Shown one piece after another: positions 37,253-46,968 of a DNA stretch of 64,000 bases. The translations under genes were made by a program, and so were the position numbers. The notes below the pieces were generated by a model. The model had not been told where the DNA came from and did no database searches. It saw only the letters and a program-made list of their open reading frames with translations. Position 1 is the first letter of the stretch; the number at the start of each line of letters is the position of its first letter. Source of the DNA: Escherichia coli (lineage in GTDB: Bacteria > Pseudomonadota > Gammaproteobacteria > Enterobacterales > Enterobacteriaceae); the NCBI RefSeq assembly GCF_003334765.1, contig NZ_QOWT01000005.1; one strand, written 5' to 3'.

Positions 37253-38952
37253 GCCAGAGAATTACTATTGATCCGGTAACCCGTATTGAGGGGCATTTAC
37301 GCATCGATTGCGAAATCGAAAATGGCGTCGTTTCGAAAGCATGGGCTTCCGGTACCATGTGGCGCGGCATGGAAGAGATCGTGAAAAACCGCGATCCGCG
37401 CGATGCATGGATGATTGTGCAACGTATCTGTGGCGTATGTACGACTACTCACGCGCTGTCTTCCGTTCGTGCGGCAGAAAGTGCACTGAATATCGACGTT
37501 CCGGTTAACGCGCAATACATCCGTAACATCATTCTGGCTGCGCACACCACGCATGACCATATCGTTCATTTCTATCAGCTCTCGGCGCTGGACTGGGTGG
37601 ACATCACTTCTGCACTGCAAGCTGACCCAACCAAAGCCTCCGAAATGCTGAAAGGTGTTTCGACCTGGCACCTGAACAGCCCGGAAGAGTTCACCAAAGT
37701 TCAGAACAAGATCAAAGATCTGGTTGCCAGCGGTCAGTTGGGTATTTTCGCCAATGGCTACTGGGGTCACCCGGCGATGAAACTGCCGCCGGAAGTGAAC
37801 CTGATTGCGGTAGCGCACTACCTGCAGGCGCTGGAGTGCCAGCGTGACGCTAACCGCGTCGTGGCGCTGCTGGGCGGTAAAACGCCGCACATTCAGAACC
37901 TGGCGGTAGGTGGGGTCGCTAACCCAATCAACCTCGACGGTCTGGGCGTGCTGAACCTTGAGCGCCTGATGTACATCAAGTCTTTCATCGATAAACTGAG
38001 CGACTTTGTTGAGCAGGTTTACAAGGTTGATACCGCGGTTATCGCCGCGTTCTACCCGGAATGGCTGACGCGTGGTAAAGGTGCGGTGAACTACCTGAGC
38101 GTGCCGGAATTCCCGACCGACAGCAAAAACGGCAGCTTCCTGTTCCCGGGCGGCTACATTGAGAATGCGGATCTGTCCTCGTATCGCCCGATCACTTCCC
38201 ACTCCGATGAATACCTGATTAAAGGCATTCAGGAGAGCGCGAAGCACTCCTGGTATAAAGACGAAGCGCCGCAGGCACCGTGGGAAGGTACCACCATTCC
38301 GGCTTATGATGGTTGGTCTGACGACGGTAAATACTCCTGGGTGAAATCACCGACTTTCTACGGCAAAACGGTAGAAGTGGGTCCGCTGGCTAACATGCTG
38401 GTGAAACTGGCGGCAGGACGCGAGTCTACCCAGAACAAACTGAATGAAATCGTTGCGATTTATCAGAAACTGACTGGCAACACGCTGGAAGTGGCGCAGC
38501 TGCACTCCACGCTGGGCCGTATTATTGGTCGTACCGTTCACTGCTGTGAATTGCAGGATATCCTGCAAAATCAATACAGTGCACTGATCACCAATATCGG
38601 CAAAGGCGATCACACCACCTTTGTGAAGCCGAACATTCCGGCAACGGGTGAGTTCAAAGGCGTAGGTTTCCTCGAAGCACCGCGCGGTATGCTCTCTCAC
38701 TGGATGGTTATTAAAGACGGTATCATCAGCAACTACCAGGCGGTTGTTCCATCAACCTGGAACTCTGGTCCGCGTAACTTCAATGATGACGTCGGTCCTT
38801 ACGAGCAGTCGCTGGTGGGTACACCGGTTGCCGATCCGAATAAACCGCTGGAAGTGGTGCGTACCATTCACTCCTTCGACCCGTGCATGGCCTGTGCGGT
38901 ACACGTAGTGGATGCCGACGGCAACGAAGTGGTTTCAGTGAAGGTTCTGTAA
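37249..38952 (+). CDS. hybC: Hydrogenase 2 large subunit HybC ([NiFe])
   Basis: 567 aa; N-terminal RICGVCTTTH and C-terminal DPCMACAVH nickel-binding motifs. Confidence 0.95.
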   Translation: MSQRITIDPVTRIEGHLRIDCEIENGVVSKAWASGTMWRGMEEIVKNRDPRDAWMIVQRICGVCTTTHALSSVRAAESALNIDVPVNAQYIRNIILAAHTTHDHIVHFYQLSALDWVDITSALQADPTKASEMLKGVSTWHLNSPEEFTKVQNKIKDLVASGQLGIFANGYWGHPAMKLPPEVNLIAVAHYLQALECQRDANRVVALLGGKTPHIQNLAVGGVANPINLDGLGVLNLERLMYIKSFIDKLSDFVEQVYKVDTAVIAAFYPEWLTRGKGAVNYLSVPEFPTDSKNGSFLFPGGYIENADLSSYRPITSHSDEYLIKGIQESAKHSWYKDEAPQAPWEGTTIPAYDGWSDDGKYSWVKSPTFYGKTVEVGPLANMLVKLAAGRESTQNKLNEIVAIYQKLTGNTLEVAQLHSTLGRIIGRTVHCCELQDILQNQYSALITNIGKGDHTTFVKPNIPATGEFKGVGFLEAPRGMLSHWMVIKDGIISNYQAVVPSTWNSGPRNFNDDVGPYEQSLVGTPVADPNKPLEVVRTIHSFDPCMACAVHVVDADGNEVVSVKVL

Positions 38953-39446
38953 TGCGTATTTTAGTCTTAGGGGTCGGCAATATTTTGCTGACCGATGAAG
39001 CCATCGGTGTGCGGATTGTTGAAGCGTTAGAGCAACGATACATTCTGCCGGATTATGTTGAGATCCTCGATGGCGGCACGGCGGGAATGGAGCTGCTTGG
39101 CGACATGGCAAATCGCGATCATCTGATTATTGCGGATGCCATTGTGTCGAAAAAGAACGCGCCGGGAACGATGATGATCCTGCGGGATGAAGAAGTTCCG
39201 GCGTTGTTTACCAACAAAATCTCTCCGCATCAGCTTGGCCTGGCCGACGTATTGTCGGCCCTGCGCTTCACCGGCGAGTTTCCGAAAAAGCTGACCCTGG
39301 TCGGCGTGATCCCGGAATCGCTGGAGCCGCACATCGGCTTAACGCCGACGGTCGAAGCGATGATTGAACCTGCGCTTGAGCAGGTTCTGGCTGCGCTGCG
39401 CGAATCTGGCGTGGAAGCCATCCCACGGGAGGCGATTCATGACTGA
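38952..39446 (+). CDS. hybD: Hydrogenase 2 maturation endopeptidase HybD
   Basis: Start at ATG 38952 overlapping the hybC stop (TAATG); MRILVLGVGNILLTDEAIGV (164 aa). Confidence 0.9.
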   Translation: MRILVLGVGNILLTDEAIGVRIVEALEQRYILPDYVEILDGGTAGMELLGDMANRDHLIIADAIVSKKNAPGTMMILRDEEVPALFTNKISPHQLGLADVLSALRFTGEFPKKLTLVGVIPESLEPHIGLTPTVEAMIEPALEQVLAALRESGVEAIPREAIHD

Positions 39447-39927
39447 AGAGATAACAGGTTTCCAGACCTCCCCGAAGGCGCAAGTACAGGCAGCGTTTGA
39501 AGAAATTGCCCGGCGTTCGATGCACGATCTCTCTTTTCTGCATCCTTCAATGCCGGTGTATGTTTCTGACTTTACGCTGTTCGAAGGTCAGTGGACGGGG
39601 TGTGTGATCACCCCGTGGATGCTGAGTGCAGTTATCTTCCCCGGCCCGGATCAACTCTGGCCGCTGCGCAAAGTGAGTGAAAAAATTGGTCTGCAACTGC
39701 CGTATGGCACTATGACCTTTACTGTTGGTGAACTGGACGGTGTTTCGCAATACCTCTCCTGCTCGCTGATGTCGCCGCTTTCGCACAGCATGTCGATTGA
39801 AGAGGGCCAACGGCTGACGGATGACTGCGCCCGAATGATCCTTTCGCTGCCAGTCAGCAATCCGGATGTACCACACGCAGGGCGTCGTGCCCTGCTATTT
39901 GGCCGCAGGAGTGGCGAAAATGCATGA
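39439..39927 (+). CDS. hybE: Hydrogenase 2 chaperone HybE
   Basis: Start at ATG 39439 overlapping the end of hybD; 162 aa. Confidence 0.85.
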   Translation: MTEEITGFQTSPKAQVQAAFEEIARRSMHDLSFLHPSMPVYVSDFTLFEGQWTGCVITPWMLSAVIFPGPDQLWPLRKVSEKIGLQLPYGTMTFTVGELDGVSQYLSCSLMSPLSHSMSIEEGQRLTDDCARMILSLPVSNPDVPHAGRRALLFGRRSGENA

Positions 39928-40261
39928 GTTGTCGCTTTGCCAGAGCGCCGTTGAAATTATCCAACGGCAGGCGGAGCAGCACGATGTTAAGCGCGTCACC
40001 GCCGTGTGGCTGGAAATTGGTGCACTCTCCTGCGTTGAGGAGAGCGCCGTCCGTTTTAGTTTTGAAATTGTCTGCCACGGAACGGTGGCGCAAGGGTGCG
40101 ATTTACATATCGTCTATAAACCCGCCCAGGCCTGGTGCTGGGATTGCAGCCAGGTGGTGGAGATTCATCAGCACGATGCGCAGTGTCCGCTCTGTCATGG
40201 CGAGCGGTTGCGTGTCGATACCGGCGATTCGCTGATCGTCAAAAGTATTGAAGTTGAATAA
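39920..40261 (+). CDS. hybF: Hydrogenase nickel-insertion protein HybF (HypA paralogue)
   Basis: Start at ATG 39920 overlapping the end of hybE; 113 aa with CxxC...CxxC zinc motif. Confidence 0.85.
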   Translation: MHELSLCQSAVEIIQRQAEQHDVKRVTAVWLEIGALSCVEESAVRFSFEIVCHGTVAQGCDLHIVYKPAQAWCWDCSQVVEIHQHDAQCPLCHGERLRVDTGDSLIVKSIEVE

Positions 40262-40273
40262 CTGGAGTTAACA

Positions 40274-40522
40274 ATGTGTATTGGCGTTCCAGGCCAGGTG
40301 CTGGCTGTCGGTGAAGATATTCACCAGCTTGCGCAGGTTGAAGTATGTGGTATCAAGCGCGACGTGAATATCGCCCTGATTTGTGAAGGTAACCCTGCCG
40401 ATCTGCTGGGCCAGTGGGTACTGGTACACGTCGGATTTGCCATGAGCATTATCGATGAAGACGAAGCCAAAGCCACATTAGACGCACTGCGCCAAATGGA
40501 TTACGACATTACCAGCGGGTGA
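40274..40522 (+). CDS. hybG: Hydrogenase maturation factor HybG (HypC family)
   Basis: 82 aa; N-terminal MCIGVP motif typical of HypC. Confidence 0.9.
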
Positions 40523-40530
40523 TGATTAAA

Positions 40531-40564
40531 GCCGGATGCGGCGTAAATGCTTTATCCGGCTACA
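40531..40564. repeat. REP (repetitive extragenic palindrome) element
   Basis: GCCGGATGCGGCGTAAATGCTTTATCCGGCTACA closely matches the classic E. coli REP consensus; lies between convergent hybG and yghU. Confidence 0.8.
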
Positions 40565-40591
40565 TAGCGATAAGCCTGCCAATGTTGCGAC

Positions 40592-41458
40592 TTACCCCTG
40601 ACGCTTATCTTCCGTATTCGTCTCGAAATCACTGGCGTCATGGCGCTCATGCAACTGCTCGTTCAGCGGCCCGTTGGTGCGGTTAACAATACGCCCACGC
40701 TTCACCGCCGGACGTTCGCCCACTTCTTTCGCCCAGCGTTGTACGTGTTTATAACTTTCCGCATCAAGAAACTCTGCGGCATCATACACGCCGCCTAACA
40801 CCACGTTGCCAAACCACGGCCAGATCGCCATATCCGCAATGGTGTACTCATCGCCCGCAACAAACTTGTGCTGCGCCAGTTGCTTATCCAGCACGTCGAG
40901 CAGGCGCTTGGCTTCCATGGTAAAGCGGTTGATGGCGTACTCAATTTTCACCGGCGCGTAATGGTAAAAGTGACCAAAACCACCGCCGAGGAACGGTGCC
41001 GCGCCCTGTAACCAGAACAGCCAGTTCAGCGTTTCAGTCCGTTTTGCCAGATCCTGCGGCAGGAAGTAGCCAAATTTCTCCGCCAGATAAAGCAGAATCG
41101 ATCCAGACTCAAACACGCGGATCGGTGGATTATGGGTATGGTCGCGCAATGCCGGGATCTTCGAGTTTGGGTTCACTTCGACAAAGCCGCTGGAGAATTG
41201 ATCGCCATCGCCAATACGAATCAGCCAGGCGTCATACTCTGCACCAGTAACACCCAGCGCCAGCAGCTCCTCAAGCATAATCGTTACTTTCTGTCCGTTT
41301 GGCGTTCCCAGCGAATAGAGTTGCAGCGGATGTTTGCCCACCGGCAGCGTTTTTTCATGCGTCGGACCAGAAACCGGGCGATTGATATTGGCGAACGCGC
41401 CGCCAGCGGATTTATCCCACGTCCAGACTTTCGCGGGCTGATAAGTATTGTCTGTCAT
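40592..41458 (-). CDS. yghU: Glutathione-S-transferase-family protein YghU
   Basis: ORF 40592-41506; start chosen at MTDNTYQPAKVWTWDK (288 aa). Confidence 0.85.
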   Translation of the reverse strand: MTDNTYQPAKVWTWDKSAGGAFANINRPVSGPTHEKTLPVGKHPLQLYSLGTPNGQKVTIMLEELLALGVTGAEYDAWLIRIGDGDQFSSGFVEVNPNSKIPALRDHTHNPPIRVFESGSILLYLAEKFGYFLPQDLAKRTETLNWLFWLQGAAPFLGGGFGHFYHYAPVKIEYAINRFTMEAKRLLDVLDKQLAQHKFVAGDEYTIADMAIWPWFGNVVLGGVYDAAEFLDAESYKHVQRWAKEVGERPAVKRGRIVNRTNGPLNEQLHERHDASDFETNTEDKRQG

Positions 41459-41662
41459 AGTGAGTTGCCTTCTGAGTGGTAGTGTTGAAGCAGTGTAGCA
41501 GGTCACTTGCTGTACAGAATGTGAATTTTTTAACCCTTTGCGCCAGCCGCTGCGTTGAGGTGTATGATAAGTCAGACCTCTGTCCGGTTAATGTCGCTGA
41601 GCAGGTAATCAGAGCACAACAATTACGCCAACTGCTTAGGTTGTATTGTTAAAGGTAAAGTG

Positions 41663-43522
41663 ATGAGCAAAGGAACGACCAGCCAGGATGCCCCGTTCGG
41701 GACATTATTGGGCTACGCCCCAGGTGGGGTAGCAATCTACTCTTCAGATTACAGTTCTCTCGATCCGCAGGAATACGAAGATGACGCCGTATTCCGTAGC
41801 TATATCGACGATGAATATATGGGCCACAAATGGCAATGCGTTGAATTTGCTCGCCGTTTTCTCTTTCTGAATTACGGTGTGGTCTTCACTGACGTGGGTA
41901 TGGCGTGGGAGATTTTCTCGCTGCGCTTCCTGCGTGAAGTGGTTAATGACAACATCCTGCCATTGCAGGCATTTCCTAATGGCTCGCCGCGTGCACCGGT
42001 CGCGGGCGCGCTTCTTATCTGGGATAAAGGCGGTGAATTTAAAGACACTGGCCATGTCGCCATCATTACTCAATTGCATGGCAACAAAGTCCGTATTGCG
42101 GAACAGAACGTGATTCATTCCCCGTTGCCGCAAGGGCAACAGTGGACACGCGAGCTGGAGATGGTGGTCGAAAACGGCTGCTATACCCTTAAAGACACGT
42201 TTGATGACACCACCATTCTGGGCTGGATGATCCAGACGGAAGATACCGACTACAGCTTACCGCAGCCGGAAATTGCAGGCGAGCTGCTGAAAATCAGCGG
42301 AGCGCGTCTGGAAAACAAAGGTCAGTTTGACGGTAAATGGCTGGATGAAAAAGATCCGCTACAAAATGCCTACGTGCAGGCCAACGGTCAGGTGATCAAT
42401 CAGGATCCGTATCATTACTACACCATTACCGAGAGCGCAGAGCAGGAGCTGATTAAAGCCACCAACGAGCTGCACCTGATGTATCTTCACGCCACCGACA
42501 AGGTGCTAAAAGATGACAACCTGCTGGCGCTGTTCGACATTCCGAAAATCCTCTGGCCACGTTTGCGTCTCTCCTGGCAGCGTCGCCGTCACCATATGAT
42601 CACCGGTCGTATGGATTTCTGCATGGACGAACGTGGCCTGAAGGTCTACGAATACAACGCCGATTCCGCCTCCTGTCATACCGAAGCGGGCTTGATCCTC
42701 GAACGTTGGGCGGAGCAGGGCTATAAAGGCAACGGCTTCAATCCTGCGGAAGGGCTGATTAACGAACTGGCTGGTGCCTGGAAACACAGTCGTGCACGTC
42801 CGTTTGTCCATATCATGCAGGACAAAGATATCGAGGAAAACTATCACGCGCAGTTTATGGAGCAGGCGCTGCACCAGGCGGGCTTTGAAACGCGTATCTT
42901 GCGTGGGTTGGATGAACTGGGCTGGGATGCTGCCGGGCAACTGATTGATGGGGAAGGGCGACTGGTTAACTGCGTGTGGAAAACCTGGGCGTGGGAAACC
43001 GCGTTTGATCAGATTCGTGAAGTCAGCGACCGTGAGTTTGCTGCGGTGCCGATCCGTACCGGTCATCCGCAAAATGAAGTGCGTCTTATCGACGTATTGC
43101 TGCGCCCGGAAGTGCTGGTCTTTGAACCTCTGTGGACTGTGATCCCCGGCAACAAAGCGATTCTGCCGATCCTCTGGTCGCTGTTCCCGCACCATCGTTA
43201 CCTGCTGGATACCGATTTCACTGTTAATGATGAACTGGTAAAAACAGGTTACGCAGTGAAACCGATCGCCGGTCGCTGTGGCAGTAACATCGACCTCGTC
43301 AGCCATCATGAAGAGGTGCTGGACAAAACCAGCGGTAAATTTGCCGAGCAGAAAAACATCTATCAGCAACTGTGGTGTTTGCCGAAAGTGGACGGTAAAT
43401 ACATTCAGGTATGTACCTTCACCGTTGGCGGCAACTACGGTGGGACGTGTTTGCGCGGTGATGAATCACTGGTCATCAAAAAAGAGAGTGATATTGAACC
43501 GTTAATTGTGGTGAAAAAGTAA
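41663..43522 (+). CDS. gss: Bifunctional glutathionylspermidine synthetase/amidase
   Basis: 619 aa from MSKGTTSQDAPFG; N-terminal CHAP amidase (Cys in HKWQCVEFARR) and C-terminal ATP-grasp synthetase. Confidence 0.95.
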   Translation: MSKGTTSQDAPFGTLLGYAPGGVAIYSSDYSSLDPQEYEDDAVFRSYIDDEYMGHKWQCVEFARRFLFLNYGVVFTDVGMAWEIFSLRFLREVVNDNILPLQAFPNGSPRAPVAGALLIWDKGGEFKDTGHVAIITQLHGNKVRIAEQNVIHSPLPQGQQWTRELEMVVENGCYTLKDTFDDTTILGWMIQTEDTDYSLPQPEIAGELLKISGARLENKGQFDGKWLDEKDPLQNAYVQANGQVINQDPYHYYTITESAEQELIKATNELHLMYLHATDKVLKDDNLLALFDIPKILWPRLRLSWQRRRHHMITGRMDFCMDERGLKVYEYNADSASCHTEAGLILERWAEQGYKGNGFNPAEGLINELAGAWKHSRARPFVHIMQDKDIEENYHAQFMEQALHQAGFETRILRGLDELGWDAAGQLIDGEGRLVNCVWKTWAWETAFDQIREVSDREFAAVPIRTGHPQNEVRLIDVLLRPEVLVFEPLWTVIPGNKAILPILWSLFPHHRYLLDTDFTVNDELVKTGYAVKPIAGRCGSNIDLVSHHEEVLDKTSGKFAEQKNIYQQLWCLPKVDGKYIQVCTFTVGGNYGGTCLRGDESLVIKKESDIEPLIVVKK

Positions 43523-43537
43523 TACATGTTGTAGCAA

Positions 43538-43572
43538 CCCCGTACTGATTATGAAGAATAATCAGCACGGGG
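43538..43572 (+). terminator. Hairpin after gss (15-bp stem with one mismatch, 5-nt loop)
   Basis: CCCCGTACTGATTAT-gaaga-ATAATCAGCACGGGG read directly; no strong T-tract. Confidence 0.45.
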
Positions 43573-43809
43573 ATTAATCAAAACATTCAACATTTATATA
43601 TTCCAATATTTATTTAATATATGAATATATTAACCAGTGGAATACCTGTGTTTTGATTATTTCTAAAGATTTTGAATGAATGCTTATTGTCTGATACACA
43701 AGAAATAACACGCTTTTTATCGTTAAAAAATGATATTTCACTTTGCCCATGCCGTTAAAGTCACTGATAATGCGTCCGTTCGTAAATTCAAAATGGCGTA
43801 ATCTAATAT

Positions 43810-45309
43810 ATGCTAAATTTATTTGTTGGCCTTGATATATACACAGGGCTTTTGTTATTACTTGCTCTGGCATTTGTGTTGTTCTACGAAGCAATCAATG
43901 GTTTTCATGACACGGCGAATGCGGTGGCAACCGTTATTTATACTCGTGCCATGCAACCACAACTTGCTGTGGTGATGGCGGCATTTTTTAATTTTTTTGG
44001 CGTGTTATTGGGCGGACTTAGCGTTGCCTATGCCATTGTCCATATGTTGCCAACCGATTTGTTGCTGAATATGGGGTCAACCCACGGTCTGGCGATGGTC
44101 TTTTCCATGCTGCTGGCGGCGATTATCTGGAACCTGGGAACGTGGTTCTTTGGTTTACCGGCCTCCAGTTCGCACACCTTGATTGGTGCGATTATCGGCA
44201 TCGGTTTAACCAACGCGCTGTTAACCGGCTCATCGGTGATGGATGCGTTAAACCTGCGTGAAGTGACCAAAATTTTCTCCTCGCTGATTGTTTCCCCTAT
44301 CGTCGGCCTGGTCATTGCGGGTGGTCTGATTTTCCTGCTGCGCCGTTTCTGGAGCGGGACGAAAAAGCGTGACCGTATTCACCGCATTCCGGAAGATCGC
44401 AAAAAGAAAAAAGGCAAACGTAAGCCGCCATTCTGGACGCGTATTGCGCTGATTGTTTCCGCTGCGGGCGTGGCGTTTTCGCACGGCGCTAACGACGGGC
44501 AGAAAGGGATCGGCCTGGTGATGCTGGTACTGGTGGGGATTGCCCCTGCTGGCTTCGTCGTCAATATGAACGCGTCCGGCTATGAAATTACCCGTACCCG
44601 CGATGCCGTCACCAACTTCGAACACTACCTGCAACAGCATCCTGAACTGCCGCAGAAGTTGATTACGATGGAACCTCCATTGCCTGCGACATCGACTGAT
44701 GGCACGCAAGTAACAGAGTTTCACTGTCATCCGGCAAATACCTTTGATGCGATTGCGCGCGTTAAAACGATGCTGCCAGGCAATATGGAAAGTTACGAGC
44801 CGTTAAGCGTGAGTCAGCGCAGCCAGCTGCGCCGCATTATGCTGTGCATCTCTGATACCTCCGCGAAGCTGGCGAAACTGCCAGGCGTCAGTAAAGAAGA
44901 CCAGAACCTGCTGAAAAAACTGCGCAGCGATATGTTAAGCACCATTGAGTACGCACCGGTGTGGATCATCATGGCGGTAGCACTGGCGCTCGGCATCGGC
45001 ACCATGATTGGCTGGTGTCGTGTAGCGATGACCATCGGTGAGAAGATTGGTAAGCGCGGCATGACGTATGCGCAAGGCATGGCGGCACAAATGACGGCGG
45101 CAGTGTCTATCGGCCTTGCCAGTTATATTGGGATGCCCGTCTCCACAACACACGTCCTCTCGTCTGCAGTAGCAGGGACGATGGTGGTGGACGGCGGTGG
45201 GTTACAGCGTAAAACGGTAACCAGCATCCTGATGGCGTGGGTGTTTACTTTACCGGCGGCGATTTTTCTTTCTGGTGGGTTGTACTGGATAGCATTGCAG
45301 TTGATTTAA
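43810..45309 (+). CDS. pitB: Low-affinity inorganic phosphate transporter PitB
   Basis: 499 aa polytopic membrane protein; PiT family; AT-rich leader upstream. Confidence 0.9.
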   Translation: MLNLFVGLDIYTGLLLLLALAFVLFYEAINGFHDTANAVATVIYTRAMQPQLAVVMAAFFNFFGVLLGGLSVAYAIVHMLPTDLLLNMGSTHGLAMVFSMLLAAIIWNLGTWFFGLPASSSHTLIGAIIGIGLTNALLTGSSVMDALNLREVTKIFSSLIVSPIVGLVIAGGLIFLLRRFWSGTKKRDRIHRIPEDRKKKKGKRKPPFWTRIALIVSAAGVAFSHGANDGQKGIGLVMLVLVGIAPAGFVVNMNASGYEITRTRDAVTNFEHYLQQHPELPQKLITMEPPLPATSTDGTQVTEFHCHPANTFDAIARVKTMLPGNMESYEPLSVSQRSQLRRIMLCISDTSAKLAKLPGVSKEDQNLLKKLRSDMLSTIEYAPVWIIMAVALALGIGTMIGWCRVAMTIGEKIGKRGMTYAQGMAAQMTAAVSIGLASYIGMPVSTTHVLSSAVAGTMVVDGGGLQRKTVTSILMAWVFTLPAAIFLSGGLYWIALQLI

Positions 45310-45317
45310 CCTTCCTG

Positions 45318-45356
45318 AAAATGCCCGGTCCTGGCGATCGGGCATTTCCATTTTTG
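45318..45356. terminator. Bidirectional terminator between pitB and yghT (AAATGCCCG-11 nt-CGGGCATTT plus T-rich tail)
   Basis: 9-bp stem read directly followed by TTCCATTTTT. Confidence 0.65.
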
Positions 45357-45357
45357 A

Positions 45358-46050
45358 CTAGTGATAACCACGCGCGGTCATAAAATCCGTAATCGCTTTT
45401 TCTGCATCAATCAGCACCTTTTCCAGTGGCTGATTAGCATCGATATCAACCAGTTGTGCACCACCAAAGGTTAACTGTGGCGTTATGGCTATCTTTCTTG
45501 CCAGCGATTCCCTTTTGTGGTCAGGCTTACGCGCGCAGGCCACGTCTAGATCGACATTGAGTTTGATGACCAGATCAGGTTTATGGCTCGCCATCCAGTG
45601 AAACGCTTTACGTTCCTGGCTTGCCAGCCATGAGACAAAACGACCACCTTCAATGTTAGGTGGGAACACTGTACCATCGTAAGCGCCAGGAATTTGGTCC
45701 TGAGGATAACGGTCGGTTAGAACAATTAACCCGCGACGACGACAGGCAAGCATATGACGAAAGCGCAGTAAGCGACGGGCGACAAACGCTGTAATTACCA
45801 GCGCCGGAACAGGGCCAGGCAATTTTTTTGCTGTTTTCACCTGATTTCGTTCAATTGTTTTATGTAAGGATTTTCCCATGAACGGTAATTTTGTCACTGC
45901 ACGACCGACATTTCCGGCCTGTTTTCCTAAATGAACTCTTTCGGCAGCACCATATTTTTCGACAACGGTAATGAGATGTTCACACACCGTTGACTTGCCT
46001 GAACCATCGCTACCAATAACGGCAATTAATGGAGGTGTTATTGACTGCAT
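45358..46050 (-). CDS. yghT: P-loop kinase-like protein YghT (Walker [10 protein letters not shown]; TDRYPQ motif)
   Basis: 230 aa; paralogous to the two following ORFs; divergently transcribed from them. Confidence 0.8.
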   Translation of the reverse strand: MQSITPPLIAVIGSDGSGKSTVCEHLITVVEKYGAAERVHLGKQAGNVGRAVTKLPFMGKSLHKTIERNQVKTAKKLPGPVPALVITAFVARRLLRFRHMLACRRRGLIVLTDRYPQDQIPGAYDGTVFPPNIEGGRFVSWLASQERKAFHWMASHKPDLVIKLNVDLDVACARKPDHKRESLARKIAITPQLTFGGAQLVDIDANQPLEKVLIDAEKAITDFMTARGYH

Positions 46051-46130
46051 GAATATATCCTTTAATTTAAATATCCATTAAAAATATTTATTTGGTTAAT
46101 ATGTTTTTATGAAAGCGTAATTCAGGTCAA

Positions 46131-46155
46131 TGTCACAATTAACCATTGTCACAAT
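46131..46155 (+). promoter_or_regulatory. Direct repeat TGTCACAAT-N7-TGTCACAAT in the yghT/yghS divergent intergenic region; candidate regulator binding site
   Basis: Two identical 9-mers (46131-46139 and 46147-46155) read directly in an AT-rich promoter region. Confidence 0.35.
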
Positions 46156-46223
46156 AAGGTTGAACGGATATTCTGAGCACGGACCACGTAATATTCAATA
46201 CATTATTTGCTGCCGGGTTTTTC

Positions 46224-46937
46224 GTGAATCAACGTAATATGTCAATAATTAATTCCACGCCAGTGCGTGTTATTGCCATTGTAGGATGTGATGGTTCAGG
46301 TAAATCGACCCTCACGGCAAGCCTGGTAAATGAACTGGCAGCAACAATGCCAACAGAACACATTTATCTCGGGCAATCGTCCGGGCGAATTGGCGAATGG
46401 ATTTCACAGCTCCCTGTTATTGGCGCACCTTTTGGGCGTTATCTGCGAAGTAAAGCGGCACATGTGCACGAAAAGCCCTCCACACCGCCTGGCAATATGA
46501 CTGCGCTGGTTATCTATCTGCTTTCCTGCTGGCGGGCGTACAAGTTTCACAAAATGTTGTGTAAAAACCAGCAAGGCTATCTGCTCATCACCGACCGCTA
46601 CCCGCAGGTTGAAGTGCCGGGTTTCCGCTTTGATGGCCCGCAATTGGCAAAAACCACGGGCGGTAACGGTTGGATAAAAATGTTAAGGCAGCGCGAGCTG
46701 AAGCTGTACCAATGGATGGCGTCTTATTTGCCCGTATTGTTGATTCGTCTTGGCATTGATGAACAAACCGCGTTTGCGCGTAAACCTGACCACCAACTGG
46801 CAGCGTTACAGGAAAAAATCGCCGTTACGCCGCAACTGACATTCAATGGCGCAAAGATCCTTGAACTGGATGGTCGGCAACCAGCCGATGAAATTCTGCA
46901 AGCGTCACTACGCGCAATTCACGCTGCGCTTTCCTGA
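46224..46937 (+). CDS. yghS: P-loop kinase-like protein YghS (Walker A GCDGSGKST; TDRYPQ motif)
   Basis: 237 aa; first gene of a plus-strand gene series running to 52695. Confidence 0.8.
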   Translation: MNQRNMSIINSTPVRVIAIVGCDGSGKSTLTASLVNELAATMPTEHIYLGQSSGRIGEWISQLPVIGAPFGRYLRSKAAHVHEKPSTPPGNMTALVIYLLSCWRAYKFHKMLCKNQQGYLLITDRYPQVEVPGFRFDGPQLAKTTGGNGWIKMLRQRELKLYQWMASYLPVLLIRLGIDEQTAFARKPDHQLAALQEKIAVTPQLTFNGAKILELDGRQPADEILQASLRAIHAALS

Positions 46938-46968
46938 TCACCAAAATGGATAGGGGATGATTTAACGA

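Noticed and set aside
37297-38247. 316 aa antisense ORF inside hybC
   Set aside because: Shadow ORF; hybC on the plus strand carries the diagnostic NiFe motifs.
42506-43369. 287 aa antisense ORF inside gss
   Set aside because: Shadow ORF opposite a recognisable gss.
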